Shown: positions 26,351 through 40,217, counted from the stretch's first letter. The stretch is 64,000 nucleotides of DNA from Octopus sinensis (GCF_006345805.1 NC_043017.1:22382001-22446000); one strand, 5' to 3'. Numbers and translations: made by a program. Notes: generated by a model not told the origin, from the sequence alone.

Positions 26351-28269
26351 CTTATTTTGTAAATTATATATATACATATATATTCATGCATACACACACA
26401 TATATATGTAAGGATATGCTTGTGCATACATGCTTGTGTTTGTGTTTATTGGTTTATAACAGGTTTTGTGTCCAAAAATACAACTTAGCTTTTGATAAAT
26501 AGAAACTGTTAATGCAAGCAACAAAGGGAAGTAAGTATTGGGGTTGATATTATCAGGTAAACCTTTGAAAAAAGAGCTACAGTATGGCCACAGTCCTGAA
26601 AGCAATAAAAGTACATAATTACCTGAAAGCAATAAACAAACACACACATACACACACACACACACACACACGCACACACTCACACACACACTCACACACA
26701 CACATGCACGCACTCACACACACACACACTCAAAAATGGAGATATTTACTGTAAAAATGTCTGTCTTTGCATTAAATAACAAATTATCTGGGGAAATCTC
26801 ACAATAATTTCAATAATTTTTCTCAATAATTTGATATTAATCATCAAATATTTGGTAAGTTTTGAGTTTTGAAATTATTAAATGTTAGCATAGTTTCCAG
26901 ACAGACATACAAATAGAAAAGCAGTGTGAGAAAGAGAGAGAAACATGAGGGAAAGAAGGAGAAGATATAGTGATAGGAGGAGGAGGAGGAGAGAGAGCAA
27001 AAAGAAAGTGCATGTATTTGTGCAAAAATTGATGAACTAATGAGTTTACAAAAACTTGCTGCCACTTTAACATTTAATAACAAAATATAACCAGTTTAAT
27101 ATGGTGTGTGTGTTTGTGTATTGTATATGGGTGTCTGTGTATGTATCTGTGTAGATGTATGCGTGCAGTATATGTGAGTGGGTATTTCTGAATGTGTCTG
27201 TTTCTGGTTGTCTGTCTGTGATGCCAATTATCTGTCTGCATGTGTGTGTGAGTGTGTGTTTATACTAATTAAGTATCAGTAACATTAAAGAATTTTCCAA
27301 ACTTATTTCATCCTCTCGTCTTCATGAAAGTAACTATAAACACACAGACACACACACAGATACTAATGCGACAAAGCACGCACAGAGGCGAGACTAATTA
27401 TTCTATGTCTAATTGTTTCCAACTTCACATAAATTTTCAAAATTAGAGAAATGGTATGCCGGCAATATTTTCCATTACAATTTAGTCTTTTATAAAACAG
27501 ATAAAAATTCAAAAGAAATTCAGAAGACATTAATTTCTTCAAAAGTGAAAAAGAGAGAGAGAGAGAGACAGACAGAGAGACAGAGAGAGAGACAGACAGA
27601 GAGGGGGAGGAGGAGGAGGAGGGATACATAAATAAAACAAATAAAGCAAAGCAAAAAAAGATTTAAAAAAAAATAATATGAGGAACAAAAATGAATAAAT
27701 ATATGAATTAAAGAGAAAGATTGATGAATATTTAAAAGAAAAAAAAAATAAACAATCCCATGGGATAAAGTAAATAAATAAGTAAAACCATAAAGGATAA
27801 AAGAGAGAATGTAAACTGTATTGGATTCCTTGAGAGGTTGTGAAATGATCATAGCAAACATCAAAACCTCGATCCATTGTTATTCTATTAAAGATTGCAT
27901 GACAGAAATAAACTCTAAAAGGTTTAATTCCTATCCAGCTTTGTTTGTTTTTTCCTATTTTCCCTTTGATTCCCAGCTATTATTTCCAGATGCTCCATTA
28001 ATAATTCCGTTTTGCATGCAATGTGCCATTTTTAGCTGCAGCACTGGCTTATGACGATGCCATCACTGCCATCTTCCGCCTTACAGTAACCATCACCATC
28101 ATCGAGAACCACCAGACATGTGTTTTCATTATACACCAGATCAGTTGTTCTTCTGCAACTGTTCTTGTCGACGTAATCATAATCATGATTAGATATTTCT
28201 ACAATTTCCACTTTTTTTTTTCTCCTTATTAATTCATGTTTATTCTCTTATTGGGAATGCAAATAAGAC

Positions 28270-28307
28270 CATAATTATAATAATTATTATTACTACCATT
28301 AATAATG

Positions 28308-28338
<31 letters not shown>

Positions 28339-28378
28339 TATAATTATTATTATTATTATTATTATTATTATTTTTAAT

Positions 28379-28409
<31 letters not shown>

Positions 28410-28455
28410 TTATCATTATCATTATTATTATTATTATCATTATTATTATTATTAA
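28270..28455. repeat. (ATT)n microsatellite, degenerate
   Basis: Read directly. Confidence 0.95.
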
Positions 28456-29244
28456 TCTCAATGCAAATATATAATGATACAGTTTCATATTTTGAAGTAG
28501 CTGAAATAAATAAGGCATGAAGAACCTAAACAAAGAAATGAAAAGAATTGAAATAATCAAAACTTAAATTAATGTAAAGTAAATAAAATAAGGTCAACAA
28601 ATAAGGAATAAATAAATAAAACAAATTATTAAACCAGGAATTGGAATTCCCTTTTTTTTAATATTTTATCTTTTACTTGTTTGTCATTAAACTGCTGCCA
28701 CACTGGGGCATCGCCTTAAAGAATCTTAAAGCCTGATAATTGTTCGTTTGGTCACTTCTTGCCAAACTGTTGAGTTATGGGGATGTAAACACACCAACAC
28801 CGGTTATCAAGCTAGTGATGGTGAGGGAGAAACACACACACGTGTATAAAAATGTATGACAGACTTCTTACAGTTTTTGTCTACCAAACCAAATCACAAG
28901 GCTTTGGTAGAGGACACTTCGTCCAAGGTACCAGGTTTCAAATTCTGGCTCATGACCAGCAGTTTTAGAGTAGAATATGTCAGTCAATTACAGCAACCCC
29001 AGTATATAACAGGTACTTATTTTATTAATCCTGAAAGGGTAAGAGGTAAAGTTTACCTTAGCAGCATTTGAACTCAGAATGTAGAGTTAGAAGAAATGCT
29101 TTTAAGCATTTTGTTTGGTGCAATTGTGATTCTGCAAGTTTGCCACTTCAAACTTTGGAAATATAATGACTAGAAATAATGTTTTAATTTCGTTTTTGGA
29201 TTTGGTTTGCAAGATTCTTTATATGAGTTCGTGTGTTGAAGCAT

Positions 29245-29522
29245 ATTCTTTTGTGTCTTGGGAGAGTCATTCTCTTTCAGTGCCTTATTATTTAACACAC
29301 TCACTGGTAAAATTTCCACTTATTTCTTATTTTTATTCTCTAAAATTTTTGTTGTGTGTTGCAACCTTTTGCAACGGACAGAGTCAAGATTATTGAAAAG
29401 GTTGCAACACGCAACAAAAATTTTAGAGAATAAAAATAAGAAATAAGTGGAAATTTTACCAGTGAGTGTGTTAAATAATAAGGCACTAAAAGAGAATGAC
29501 TCTCCCCAGGCACAACAGAATA
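29245..29522. repeat. Long inverted repeat (fold-back): ~126-bp arms, 25-nt loop
   Basis: 29245-29370 is the reverse complement of 29396-29522 with few mismatches. Confidence 0.95.
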
Positions 29523-30479
29523 ATATTTTAATCTTAGAAATTTTCAGTTCTACCATGAGACAGATTTCCACATTTGAAACTAATTCAGGTGCTATTATTA
29601 TAATCTACAATATACAGGAATTGTTAATGTCTTCTGTGGAAATTTTAACTAAATAACAATTCAATTAACAGTAATTAATTAGAATAAATGTTAGGAGAGG
29701 TGGGTTAACAGAATCAGGAGAGTCTCAGACAAAATGTTCTTCATGTTCTGAGAGAAAATCCTGCAAAGGTCAATTTCACCTTTCATACTTCAGTGATCGA
29801 TGAAAAGTCAAATATTGAGGTGATTTAATCAACTGATGATCTCAATTGGGATAGCATGCATGGTACAGAAGTACTAAAATCCTTGCTCAATGATAGAATT
29901 CTAATGATGGGTGAAGTGACACGTAAGCTGGAGTACAATGCTACCACGTCAATATAATCTCTCTTTAACACCCTATATTATTGCCAATGCACTCACACAC
30001 ACACACATACACACACACGCACATACACACACACGTGCAATACACACACACTCGCACATCTTATAATTCACTCACTCTTGGTCTCACTCTCTCCAAAAGC
30101 AGAAGCCAAACAAAAATAAGCAAATGAGAATTAGAGAAAAATTTTATTAATCTAATATTTCTTTTATTAAATGTAATTGTCTCTACGACATATTTTATTG
30201 ATTGCATTATATATGTGTGCATGTGTACCTCAGCGTGGCTACAGTTCTTGAGCTGAAACTAGCAATAGAGTATCTATTTGAGAGAAGGTGAACATATGCA
30301 ACAAAGAATACTAAATGCAGGCTGTAGAATATTTATTCTTTTCTACTCTAAATCAGCGAACAAAATTACGAGACAAATATAGAGATAAAAATTCAAGGTA
30401 AGGGCTTCCAAAAGAAATACTTAAAACGCCATTTATACACTTAATGTACGCACGAAACAGCTGTAGATGATGTCTTTTA

Positions 30480-30890
30480 ACCCCGAGTTTGTATATTTAT
30501 CTTATGTAATAATATTTTACCAAATTTATTTACCTCCGAATTTTAAATTTTAAACTCTCATCCAATAACTCATATAACGATCAATTTTTAATCGATTGGA
30601 ACATTTTCTATTTGGAATCCCTTCAATTGGATATTTATCTCTGTATTTGTCACGTCTCCATTCGGTATGTGAACTCAATACACTTGATGCATAGTTTTCA
30701 CATAGCTTTTACATGTAATTCTATTCATTTATCTCCATAAATTTATAAGTATTTTTATTTCGTTGTTTGCTCTAAAATTATGCTTTGGAATTTGTACTGA
30801 TTGCCTAGATGTGTTCCTTCTCTAATTTCTCTTATCCTTCAATTTAGCTTGCAATGAGCTCTTCTTAATACAGCCTATATATTGTGAAAT
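30480..30890 (-). pseudogene. Possible decayed Penelope GIY-YIG endonuclease fragment
   Basis: The minus strand reads QYIGCIKKSSLQAKLKDKRN*.. (a YIG-like motif) in AT-rich sequence with multiple stops. Confidence 0.25.
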
Positions 30891-30994
30891 CTACTTAAAA
30901 ACATACTTTATAAGAAAGTTTGATTTTATATATATTAATATGTTTGGGTTTTGATTTGTTATTGCACCACTCCTTGTATAACAAATTCTACATA

Positions 30995-31292
30995 TTACGC
31001 TGCAAATACACACACACACACATATATATATACATATATATATACATATATACACATATATATACATATATATATACACATATATATACATATATATATA
31101 CACATATATATATATATATACACACACACACATATATACATATATATATACACACACACATATATATATATATATACACACACACACATATATAATATAT
31201 ATACACACACACATATATAATATATATACACACACATATATATATATATATACACACACATATATATATATATATATATATTACACACACAC

Positions 31293-31345
<53 letters not shown>

Positions 31346-31370
31346 ATATATATATATATATATTTACATA
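30995..31370. repeat. (TA)n/(CA)n compound microsatellite
   Basis: Read directly. Confidence 0.95.
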
Positions 31371-31958
31371 ATGCATTGAGCATTCTGCTTTTGCTAACAC
31401 AGAATGTATCAAACCCAGATAGCAATGAACCTTAATAGATATTCACTGATTTGTGTGTGTGTGTATACACCACAAAGAATCTTTACTACATAATAACTAT
31501 ATTTTATTGTAAGTGCACAATATAATAACAACACTATAATTAGCAAAGATCAATGGCTCATAATAAGAGCATTTTCTTCTTCACATTAATATTACTAGTA
31601 TAACAATAACTCTTGGTTTTATGAAGGAGAGAGTACTTCCTTCGTACACAGCCAAGTGAACACTCTTTAACAATTATTGAACAAATGGAATATCTGACTA
31701 GTTTGTAACACTATCATTGGACAAGGGCAATTAGTATGAATGAGTCTTATTGAAATTTACACTGAGCCAGTTCAAATGATTTATAACAAATGCACCAGTT
31801 GGTGTTTCAAACAACACTTAACAAAAGCTTCTTGCATAAAATTAGAAGCATTTAAAAATGGACGGTTTTGTATTGCAGGACCAGAGGCAATCTCAGGCAG
31901 AGATTGGTATTGAAAGATTTCAGGGTGGTGGTGTGATGTCGGTTTGATTGTATACTGT

Positions 31959-32097
31959 TCATGTGTAGAGCGGAGATATTTCAAGTCTCTTATTGATGTG
32001 TTGGTGCTTTTGAAGGAGACTAGAGGGTTCTGTTCTTACTGGAGAACGTTTTGAAAATCTTTTCCCATAAAAGAAATGCAAATCTACCACAAATGCA
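31959..32097 (-). CDS. Candidate terminal coding exon of an unidentified gene
   Basis: Acceptor ..ttttatttgttcaccaactgttttAG, then a phase-2 frame xAFVVDLHFFYGKRFSKRSPVRTEPSSLLQKHQHINKRLEISPLYT*, then ~450 nt of repeat-free UTR-like sequence and AATAAA at 31503-31508. No recognisable homology. Confidence 0.2.
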
Positions 32098-32580
32098 CTA
32101 AAACAGTTGGTGAACAAATAAAACCATATTCAAAAAAAAAAAAGCATACATTTGAGTAAAATATATAATAAAACTATCAGTTCAGAAAAATAATTATAAA
32201 TATCATAAGAAATTATTTGTTTGTTGTTTTTGTTTTTCTTTTTTTTTGTTTTTCTTTTTTTCAATTTAAATATTCTGAAGAGAGAGAAGGGAAGAAAAAA
32301 CTAAAAGTGCATATTTTAAAGATTTAAATTCTTCTATTGAGATGTTAAATATCGGAGTTCTGTACAAGAAATATAAAATGGTAAAATGAATGTCTACATG
32401 CAAATGGTTTTGCTTCAGGCCAAAAAAAATTCGAAGTAAATACATAAACTAGTAAATCTATAAAAAAATTGCATTTCTCAATTTTCCAAAGGGAATATAC
32501 CATTTTGAAACCACTAAACTACAGCAACACTTCTTAGTGAGATGGCTACTAAAACTTCAATACTAGCTGCTACAACAACC

Positions 32581-32616
<36 letters not shown>

Positions 32617-33846
32617 GTTCTGAAATGTTTAAATAAATAATAATGGGAAAATGACAGAAAGAAAACAAGCAAAAAAAAAAGCATTGACAAAATAATAAAT
32701 CTATGACAATATTCTATCTGATGACCCTCAAGAACAGCTGAATGTGTCAGGATTGGCTAACCATCCTTCCAGTAAATCATCTCTTAGCAAGTACAACAAC
32801 TCTAGTCATTTACCAGCTGTCTTGAGAAACACAGTAGTTTTATGAAGAGATGATATATGAGCCTTTCCTCCTTCTTTATACATTTGAAGGAATTCTCTTA
32901 AATATTTGTTCTATAGATTTTTTTCTTGAACTCTCACTCTCAATTATTCATTTTTGTTTTCGTTTTATTTTGTTTAGAAATTATATTTAACATTAAGAAA
33001 TTTTTATGGTTTTTAAACTGCCTTAATATAACAACCATTTCCCATTTTACAGCAGCTAGCTCATTAGTCACAATTAATTATTTTATTTTTATTCTCTTTA
33101 TTTATAGAACCTCCCACTATCCATCTCAATGATAATACAAAATGCAAACTCAGTATCAACATCCAGAAAGAAAAAAAAAATATTTACTTCATTCCAGATT
33201 AACAGCTACGTTTTTTTTTTTTTTAAATATCATTTAATAAATAAAATTTATCAAATAATAACAGTCAGCATCTCTCCAAACAACAGAGATAAAAATGTCA
33301 AAAATGTATTAACCAATTCAATAAAACTGGAATTCTTCAGATAATACTAGTTAATAGGGGAAGATTGTCAGTGCTATTTCTATGTGAAGAAATTAACTGA
33401 AGCATTTACACCAGATCGGAAAATTGTTAATTAACTAGCAATAATTAACATTGTTAATTAATTACCCTCCACTTATTAATGATTTTTACTCATAAATATT
33501 TTCATTTTGTTCATCCATTTCACATTTAATGAACTTTCTGTAATGTATTCTCTATAATGTTTAAGATATTTGTTTTGCAATTTTCTTGGTCTCAGGTTCA
33601 ATTCCAGTGTAAGGTATCCTGAGCAATATTATATATTCACAAGAGATTTGCTTTAATAATTATCAACACGTTATTGATAAAACAAGATAGACTATCATGA
33701 GATAATCTCAGAGAGCAATTACCATGAGAATATTTTGCTATTATCTTATCTTGACATAAGATATTATATGGTTGGATGAGATTGGTTGACAATACGGATG
33801 TTCGATGTCTTCTTAGTCTGTCTGACAGAAATGAAAACTCTCTTGA

Positions 33847-34260
33847 AGGTGGTGAGCTGGCAAAAACGTTAGCACACTGGGTGAAATGCTTAGCAGTGTT
33901 TCGTCTGCCATTACGTTCTGAGTTCAAATTCCACCAAGGTCAACTTTGCCTTTCATCCTTTTGGGGTCGATTTAAATAAGTTCCAGTTACGCACTGGGGT
34001 CGATGTAATCGACTTAATCCGTTTGTCTGTCCTTGTTTGTCCCCTCTGTGTTTAGCCCCTTGTGGGTAATAAAGAAATAGGTATTTCATCTGCCTCTACT
34101 TTCTGAGTTCAAATTCCGCTGAGATCGACTTTGCCTTTCCTCCTTTCAGAATTAAATAAGTAGCAGTTATGCACTGAATCGATATAATCGACTTAATACG
34201 TTTGTCTGTCTTTGTTTGTCCACTCTGTGTGTAGCCCCTTGTAGGCAGTAAAGAAATAAG
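33847..34260 (+). mobile_element. SINE family B, head plus tandem second unit
   Basis: ggtggtgagctggcaaaaacgttagca..ttctgagttcaaatt (B-box)..aaagaaatag, after which the unit restarts at gtatttcatctgcc. Confidence 0.88.
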
Positions 34261-34662
34261 AAATGGAAACTCTTTTTTTTTTGTTGTTGTTTTTTTGTTT
34301 TACACTCGAAAGCGTAATTGCAACCAAATGAAAGCTTAGAGAGAATACTCGTCTTTTATCATTACCTCAGGTTAACCCAAGCCTTGTAAGTTTTAACTGG
34401 TGAGACAGAAACTATATGGAAGCTTGTTGGATTGACTGTACCAGTAATTCAAAGGTACAAACTTGTTGCACACTCTATCACACTGATTCTGCTTTGGAAT
34501 CAAATTAAGGATACATGCATCTGTGGAATACTCAGCCATCAACATGCTAATCCATAAGCATTGAGTACAGTTAAGCAAACAATTAAATATTCATTATGAG
34601 TGCTAACTGAAATTCATTTACCATACCAAGGTTCTATACAATGCACCATTACTAATGCTAGT

Positions 34663-35048
34663 GTGGAGGCGCAATGGCCCAGTGGTTAGGGCAGCAGACT
34701 CGAAGTCAGAGGATCGCGGTTTCGATTCCCAGACTGGGCGTTGTGAGTGCTTATTGAACGAAAACACCTATAGCTCCACGAGGCTCCGGCAGGGACGGTG
34801 GTGATCCCTGCTGTACTCTTTCACCACAACTTTCTCTCACTCTTACTTCCTGTTTCTGTTGTACCTGTATTTCAAAGGGCCGGCCTTGTCATTCTCTGTG
34901 TCACGCTGAATATCCCCGAGAACTACGTTATGGGTACACGTGTCTGTGGAGTGCTCAGCTACTTACATGTTAATTTCACGAGCAGGCTGTTCCGTTGATT
35001 CGGATCAACCGGAACCCTCGTCGTCGTAACCAACGGAGTGCTTCCACC
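34663..35048 (+). mobile_element. tRNA(Arg)-derived SINE family D (resembles octopus OR-type SINEs), full length with a 12-bp TSD
   Basis: The head tggcccagtggttagggcagcagactcgaagtcagaggatcgcggtttcgattccc is tRNA-Arg(TCG)-like. The TSD actaatgctagt is at 34651-34662 and 35049-35060. Confidence 0.9.
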
Positions 35049-38000
35049 ACTAATGCTAGTACTAGCTTCCTTTTATGTCCACTTTCCATGCTGGAAAGGG
35101 TTGGACTACCAGTATGGAAAGTGGAAAGATCAATTCTTTGTACTTTATTTCATAAAATAAAGTACCAGTGAAGTACATGGCTCAATGGTATTGACTTATT
35201 CCTGCACTTCAAAATTGCTAGCCTTGAACCTAAATCAGATACCATTATTGTTATTATGAGCTCATTTCACTAATGACCTTGTACAGAGATTTGATTCTAC
35301 TGATAATGCTAATTCCTGGCAATAATGTTGTATTAATTCTCTCTAAGCTTTCATTTGATTGCAATTATGCTTTCGAGTGTAAAACAAAACAAACAAACAA
35401 AAAAAGAGTTTTCATTTCTGTCAGACAGACTAAGAAGATATTGTAAATTAGTGTTGTCAACCAATCTCATCCAACCATAAAATATCTTAAGTCAAGATAA
35501 GATAATAGCAACATATTCTCATGGTAATTGTTCTCTGTGATTATCTCATGATAGTCTATCCTGTTTTATTAATGATGTGTTAATAATTATTAGAGCAAAT
35601 CTCTTGTGAATATTTACTAATATATACAGAAATCATATCAGAAAAACGTATGAATATAAAGAGAACTATTATTGACAAGATTTTGTCAAGAATATATTAG
35701 TGGGGTCTTGGAGAAGAAATATATCAATACAATTTTATGAATAAAGTTGGAAAATACCAATGTTATTTTGTGAGTACAGAAAGACAGAATTTAGTTCAAA
35801 TCTTGTGATTATAAGAATATAAAGAGATAGGAATCTTGTGAGACACTGAAGTGTTATTTTTATGTTGGCAGTATTTTATTTTCATGCTGTGAGTCTGAAG
35901 TTAAACAACTAAGCAAGAACCCAACCATTCCCACTCAAGTTATTCTCACTGGAGGCTTTGGACACAGAAGTGAAGGATAGCAAAATGTACATCAATTATA
36001 CTGTACTCTCATTAGTTCTGGCAGCGAACCAAATCCACTCTATCCCATTATCTGTTTACAGCTAAGCATACTGAGTTTAAAAGTCAAGTCACCTGTATAT
36101 GGATATAATATAGACACAGTCTGGCCAATTGGTTAAGAAGTTTGCTTCACGATCACAAGGACCTAGTTTCAATTTGTGTGAGATTTTGGACAAGTGCCTT
36201 ATGCTATATCCCTGGGTTGAATCAAGCTGTCTTAGTGAAACTGTGTTAAAACCCACTGATGCATTAGATGGGTTGTCTTTCTATTTCAAATGTCCAACCT
36301 TTGTCACGTCCCTTGTCACTCTAATTCTGCCTGAAAATCATGTTAAGGGCACAGGTATCCTTGGAATACTTAGCAACTTTCAGATTCATTCAATGGTTAA
36401 GCTGATTGAATGACTGAAATTATTTTGGTCAGAAATTCCAAACATGGTCTCTTTCTGTGAGGACAGTTCAGCAATTAAGGTCCATTGTTATGGACACAGT
36501 TCAGCAGCAATAAAGAGAAAGAAACTAAGAATCAATTACCCAGAAGGAAAATTCACAGAAAAGTTTGCAAAGTTCAGTTTTGCAAACTTGGGTTGTGAAA
36601 TATTCAATATTTCAAACCCTTACCATTTTCGTCTGAGTTTGAAGAAAAGAAAATAAGTGATGTTATTATTTGGGTGCTACATATATATACACATATGTGT
36701 ATGTGTATATATATGTGTGTGTGTGTGTTTGTTTGTGGTGAGCTTCTGCACAGTTTCCATCAACCCCATTCACTCACAAGGCATTGATTAGCCTGAGGCT
36801 ATAACAGCAGACACTTACTCAAGATGCTTCACCAAGGGATTGAACCTGAAACCATATAGTTGTGAAGAAAGTATGGCTTCATAACCACACAACCATATTA
36901 ACAATGTAAGCTAGTTGTTTGGCCAGAGTGTCCTATCAGCTAACTAACAGAAGCCAAAATATAAAATATTCTATTAGCATGTATCGATAGGAATTTGTAA
37001 AAGGAACTGGGTTTTATTCAACTTTTTTTACTGTTTTAATGTTTTACATCTATTTTCTTTTCTTTGGACTGTGACCATGCTGGAACATTGCCTTGGGGGA
37101 GTTTTAGTCAAACAAATTGACACCAATATTTACTTTTATGTTTAGTGCTTAATCTGTCAGTTTGTCTAGCTGAACTGCTAGGTTATGGGGATGTAAACAA
37201 ACCAACACTGGTTGCCAAGTGGGCGTATGGGGAGACAACACAAAGATTCACATACATATGTATGTGTGTGTATATATATATATATATATTATACATATAT
37301 ATATATATATATAATATATATATATATATATTATATATATATATATATATACACACATATGTGTATGTGTATATATGTGTGTGTGGTGTGTTGAGCTTGC
37401 ACACAGTTTCCATCAATCACATTCACTCGCAAGGTATCGATTAGCCTGAGGCTATAACAGCAGACACTTACTCAAGATGCTTCACAATGGGATTGAACCT
37501 GAAACCATATAGTTGTGAAGAAAGTATGGCTTCCTAACCACACAACCATATTAACAAAGTAAAGCTAGTTGTTTGGCCAGAGTGTCCTATCAGCTAACTA
37601 ACCCCTGATTTTCTTAATCCGTGTCTTTAACCCTATTGTAGTTATCTATCTCTTGATTCTGCAAACATTGGAAACGGTCAAATACACCTATTTGTCTTAT
37701 ACACTAGTCAATGATAAGAAGCTAAATCAACTGTGGTTAGAATTACAACCAGTAATGTCAACTATTGAACCATTAATCAAACTGACAATATAATCCCATG
37801 TTTTTACCATATTCCAGTCTGTAGTATATAGAATTCATTCAAGTTAATGTAAACCATAATCTGCTGCTATGGATCCAGAAACCACACTGCTTCTACCATG
37901 GAAGCAATTTTGTTTTTTGTTTTTTTCCTGTTTTCTTTTTCCATGAACGGGCTAGATCTAGTGAGGCACATCACAATGGGATCTGTAAGTTCCGATAACA

Positions 38001-38561
38001 TAACTGAATAAAAGGAGAACAACATTAGAAAAGAACAGATTTATCTAACACGGCAGTTCCTTTTAGTTTATTGCATCACAGGGATTCATTTAAGTGACAT
38101 TGTACCTATTAAAGAGCCCAGCCTTCTCTGTTACCTCAAGTTTGAAAAGAACAACTAACTTAAGAAAGGAGAAGAAAATTGGCTTAATAAATTTGAAGTA
38201 TTCAGTCTAATTGATGAGATAAATCAAAGGTTGATTCAAAGTTCAATATATCATAATAAGAATAAATTTCAATCAATTAATCAATAAATATCAGTAGTAA
38301 ATCTCAATAAAATTATCATGTACAATATTCAGATAAATTATGAATTCATTCATAAATATTTGTAACTATGTTGTTGCTGTTTAATGTCAAGAAAACCTGT
38401 TTAGTATGACCAGTGAACAGCTCCTAGCATGACATCTACTATGTTATACTAGACACCTAGTATAGCAGTGTCTGTACATCTAAACACTGGTTACGCTGCT
38501 GTATGACCACAAAACATTGACCAGAATATTATAATGACCAAATCTCACACAAATCACATTC

Positions 38562-38879
38562 AACTGGCACTCTGTTGATTACAATGACAAGGGTTTCAGT
38601 TTATCTGATCAGTGGAACAGCCTGCTCATGAAATTACCATGCAAAAGGCTATTGCAAAAGAAACATGTACCCTTAAGGTAGTTAGTTCTTAGGGAGGCTC
38701 AGAGTGACACAGGATGTGACAAGGCTGGCCCTTTGAATCACAAATACAACTCCTTTTTTCCAGCTCAATAGACTGGTGCAATATGAAATAAAGCATCTTG
38801 CTCAAGGACACAACATGCTGTCAGGAATTGAACTCACGACCTTGAACTGAATACCTTAACCACTAAACCATGTGCCTTC
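38562..38879 (-). mobile_element. SINE with an E-type head and a D-type 3' domain, decayed
   Basis: Minus-strand head (tggtttagtggttaagg..gagttcaattcc..gtgtccttgagcaagatgctttatttc) joined to the D-type ttcaaagggccagccttgtcac..aatttcatgagcaggctgttcc. Confidence 0.7.
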
Positions 38880-39819
38880 ACTAACAAATCGCATCCAGCT
38901 AACTTAAAGAAAAAGGAAACACACTGAATAATGTAGTACGGTACATACTAGCCTGAAAAATAAATCACAGACTAGTCATGACTTGAACACTTCAATCGGA
39001 TATTGAATAATTGAATTCATATGGAAAGGATGAACACATAGGGTATTGTACTATAAGTGAAATGAAATCTATATTGCTAACCACAAAATCAAAAATATAC
39101 TCCAAAAAATATTTATAAAAATATGATGAATTCTTCTGTCGACATCAGAATGAATACAGACAGGTTTCAGTGGCATTTCTTGCTTGGAGATAAATTATTT
39201 TCTGTATCACTCACCTGAAATAAAAAATAAAAGAAATTATTAAATTTTTATCAACATATATAGGAATTAAAGTATCATACAGCATATAAGGAGAAATCAT
39301 AAATATATAGAAATGTGAAAATCATTAATAATCAGATTGTTATCATCATCCTGTGTAGATTTGTTCATTAAGTCATGATTTTCAACCAATAAAATCTCAA
39401 TGTATTCAGGTACAAAATATTGTGGAATATATTCTTTTTGGTTCATTATTTTACTGGAGATGAAGGAATAAGTGATGAAGCAGAAGAGGGAGAAAGATGT
39501 ACAGAACACAAAGAAGGAATAGGTTAAAAGACGATGTACTCAGAGATGCTGATATTAAGGTATTGATATCAATATGTGACATCAATACATCCTAATCAGG
39601 ATGATTGAAGTATTAAAAATATAAGGTGTGTTTTTGGTTTTTCTTTTTTAAATCACTGAGTGAGAATATAAAGGCCAGCAGCAGCACTGACCTTTCAGAA
39701 GGCGTCAGGAAGCAGGGAAAGAGAATGGTGGGGGCGGGGAGGGGGAAAAAGGAAGTTCTGTTCAGGCCAGAGACTTAGTCCAAATGCTTCCAGCAGATTT
39801 CCCCTTCAAACACCCAAAA

Positions 39820-40045
39820 GTTGTCTGTGCCAGTGCCGCATAAAAGTGCCTGTGTTGGTGCCATGTAATAGCACCCAGCACTACTCTGTAAAGTGGCTGA
39901 CATTAAGGAAGAACATCCAGTCACAGAAACCATGCCAAAGCAGACAACTGAAGCCTAGGTGGCTCTCTGGCAGGCCAACTCCTGTCAAACCATCCAACCC
40001 AAACCAGCATGAAAATGGATGTTAGATAGTGATGATGATGATGAT
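39820..40045 (+). mobile_element. Family C copy ending in (GAT)n
   Basis: gtgccatgtaatagcacccagcactactctgtaaagtgg..ggaagaacatccag..ccaaccc..cagcatgaaaatggatgttaga..gatgatgat. Confidence 0.75.
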
Positions 40046-40185
40046 GGTTGTGGTGGTGGTGGTGGTGGTGGTGGCGGCGGTGGTGGTGGTGGTGGCGGTG
40101 GTGTGGTGGTGGCGGTGGTGGTGGCGGTGGCAGTGGTGGTGGCGGTGGTGGTGGCAGTGGCAGTGGTGGTGGCGGTGGTGGTGGC

Positions 40186-40217
<32 letters not shown>

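Noticed and set aside
30385-30465. GAAACAGCTGTA as another hammerhead
   Set aside because: There is no upstream CUGANGA and no convincing stem II.
34663-34740. tRNA-Arg gene
   Set aside because: The acceptor and T stems are imperfect, and the sequence continues into a 300-bp body bounded by a TSD, so it is a SINE head.
37815-38003. Minus-strand exon after a strong acceptor (MLSELTDPIVMCLTRSSPF..)
   Set aside because: All three frames hit a stop before the best donor; only a weak internal donor would rescue it.
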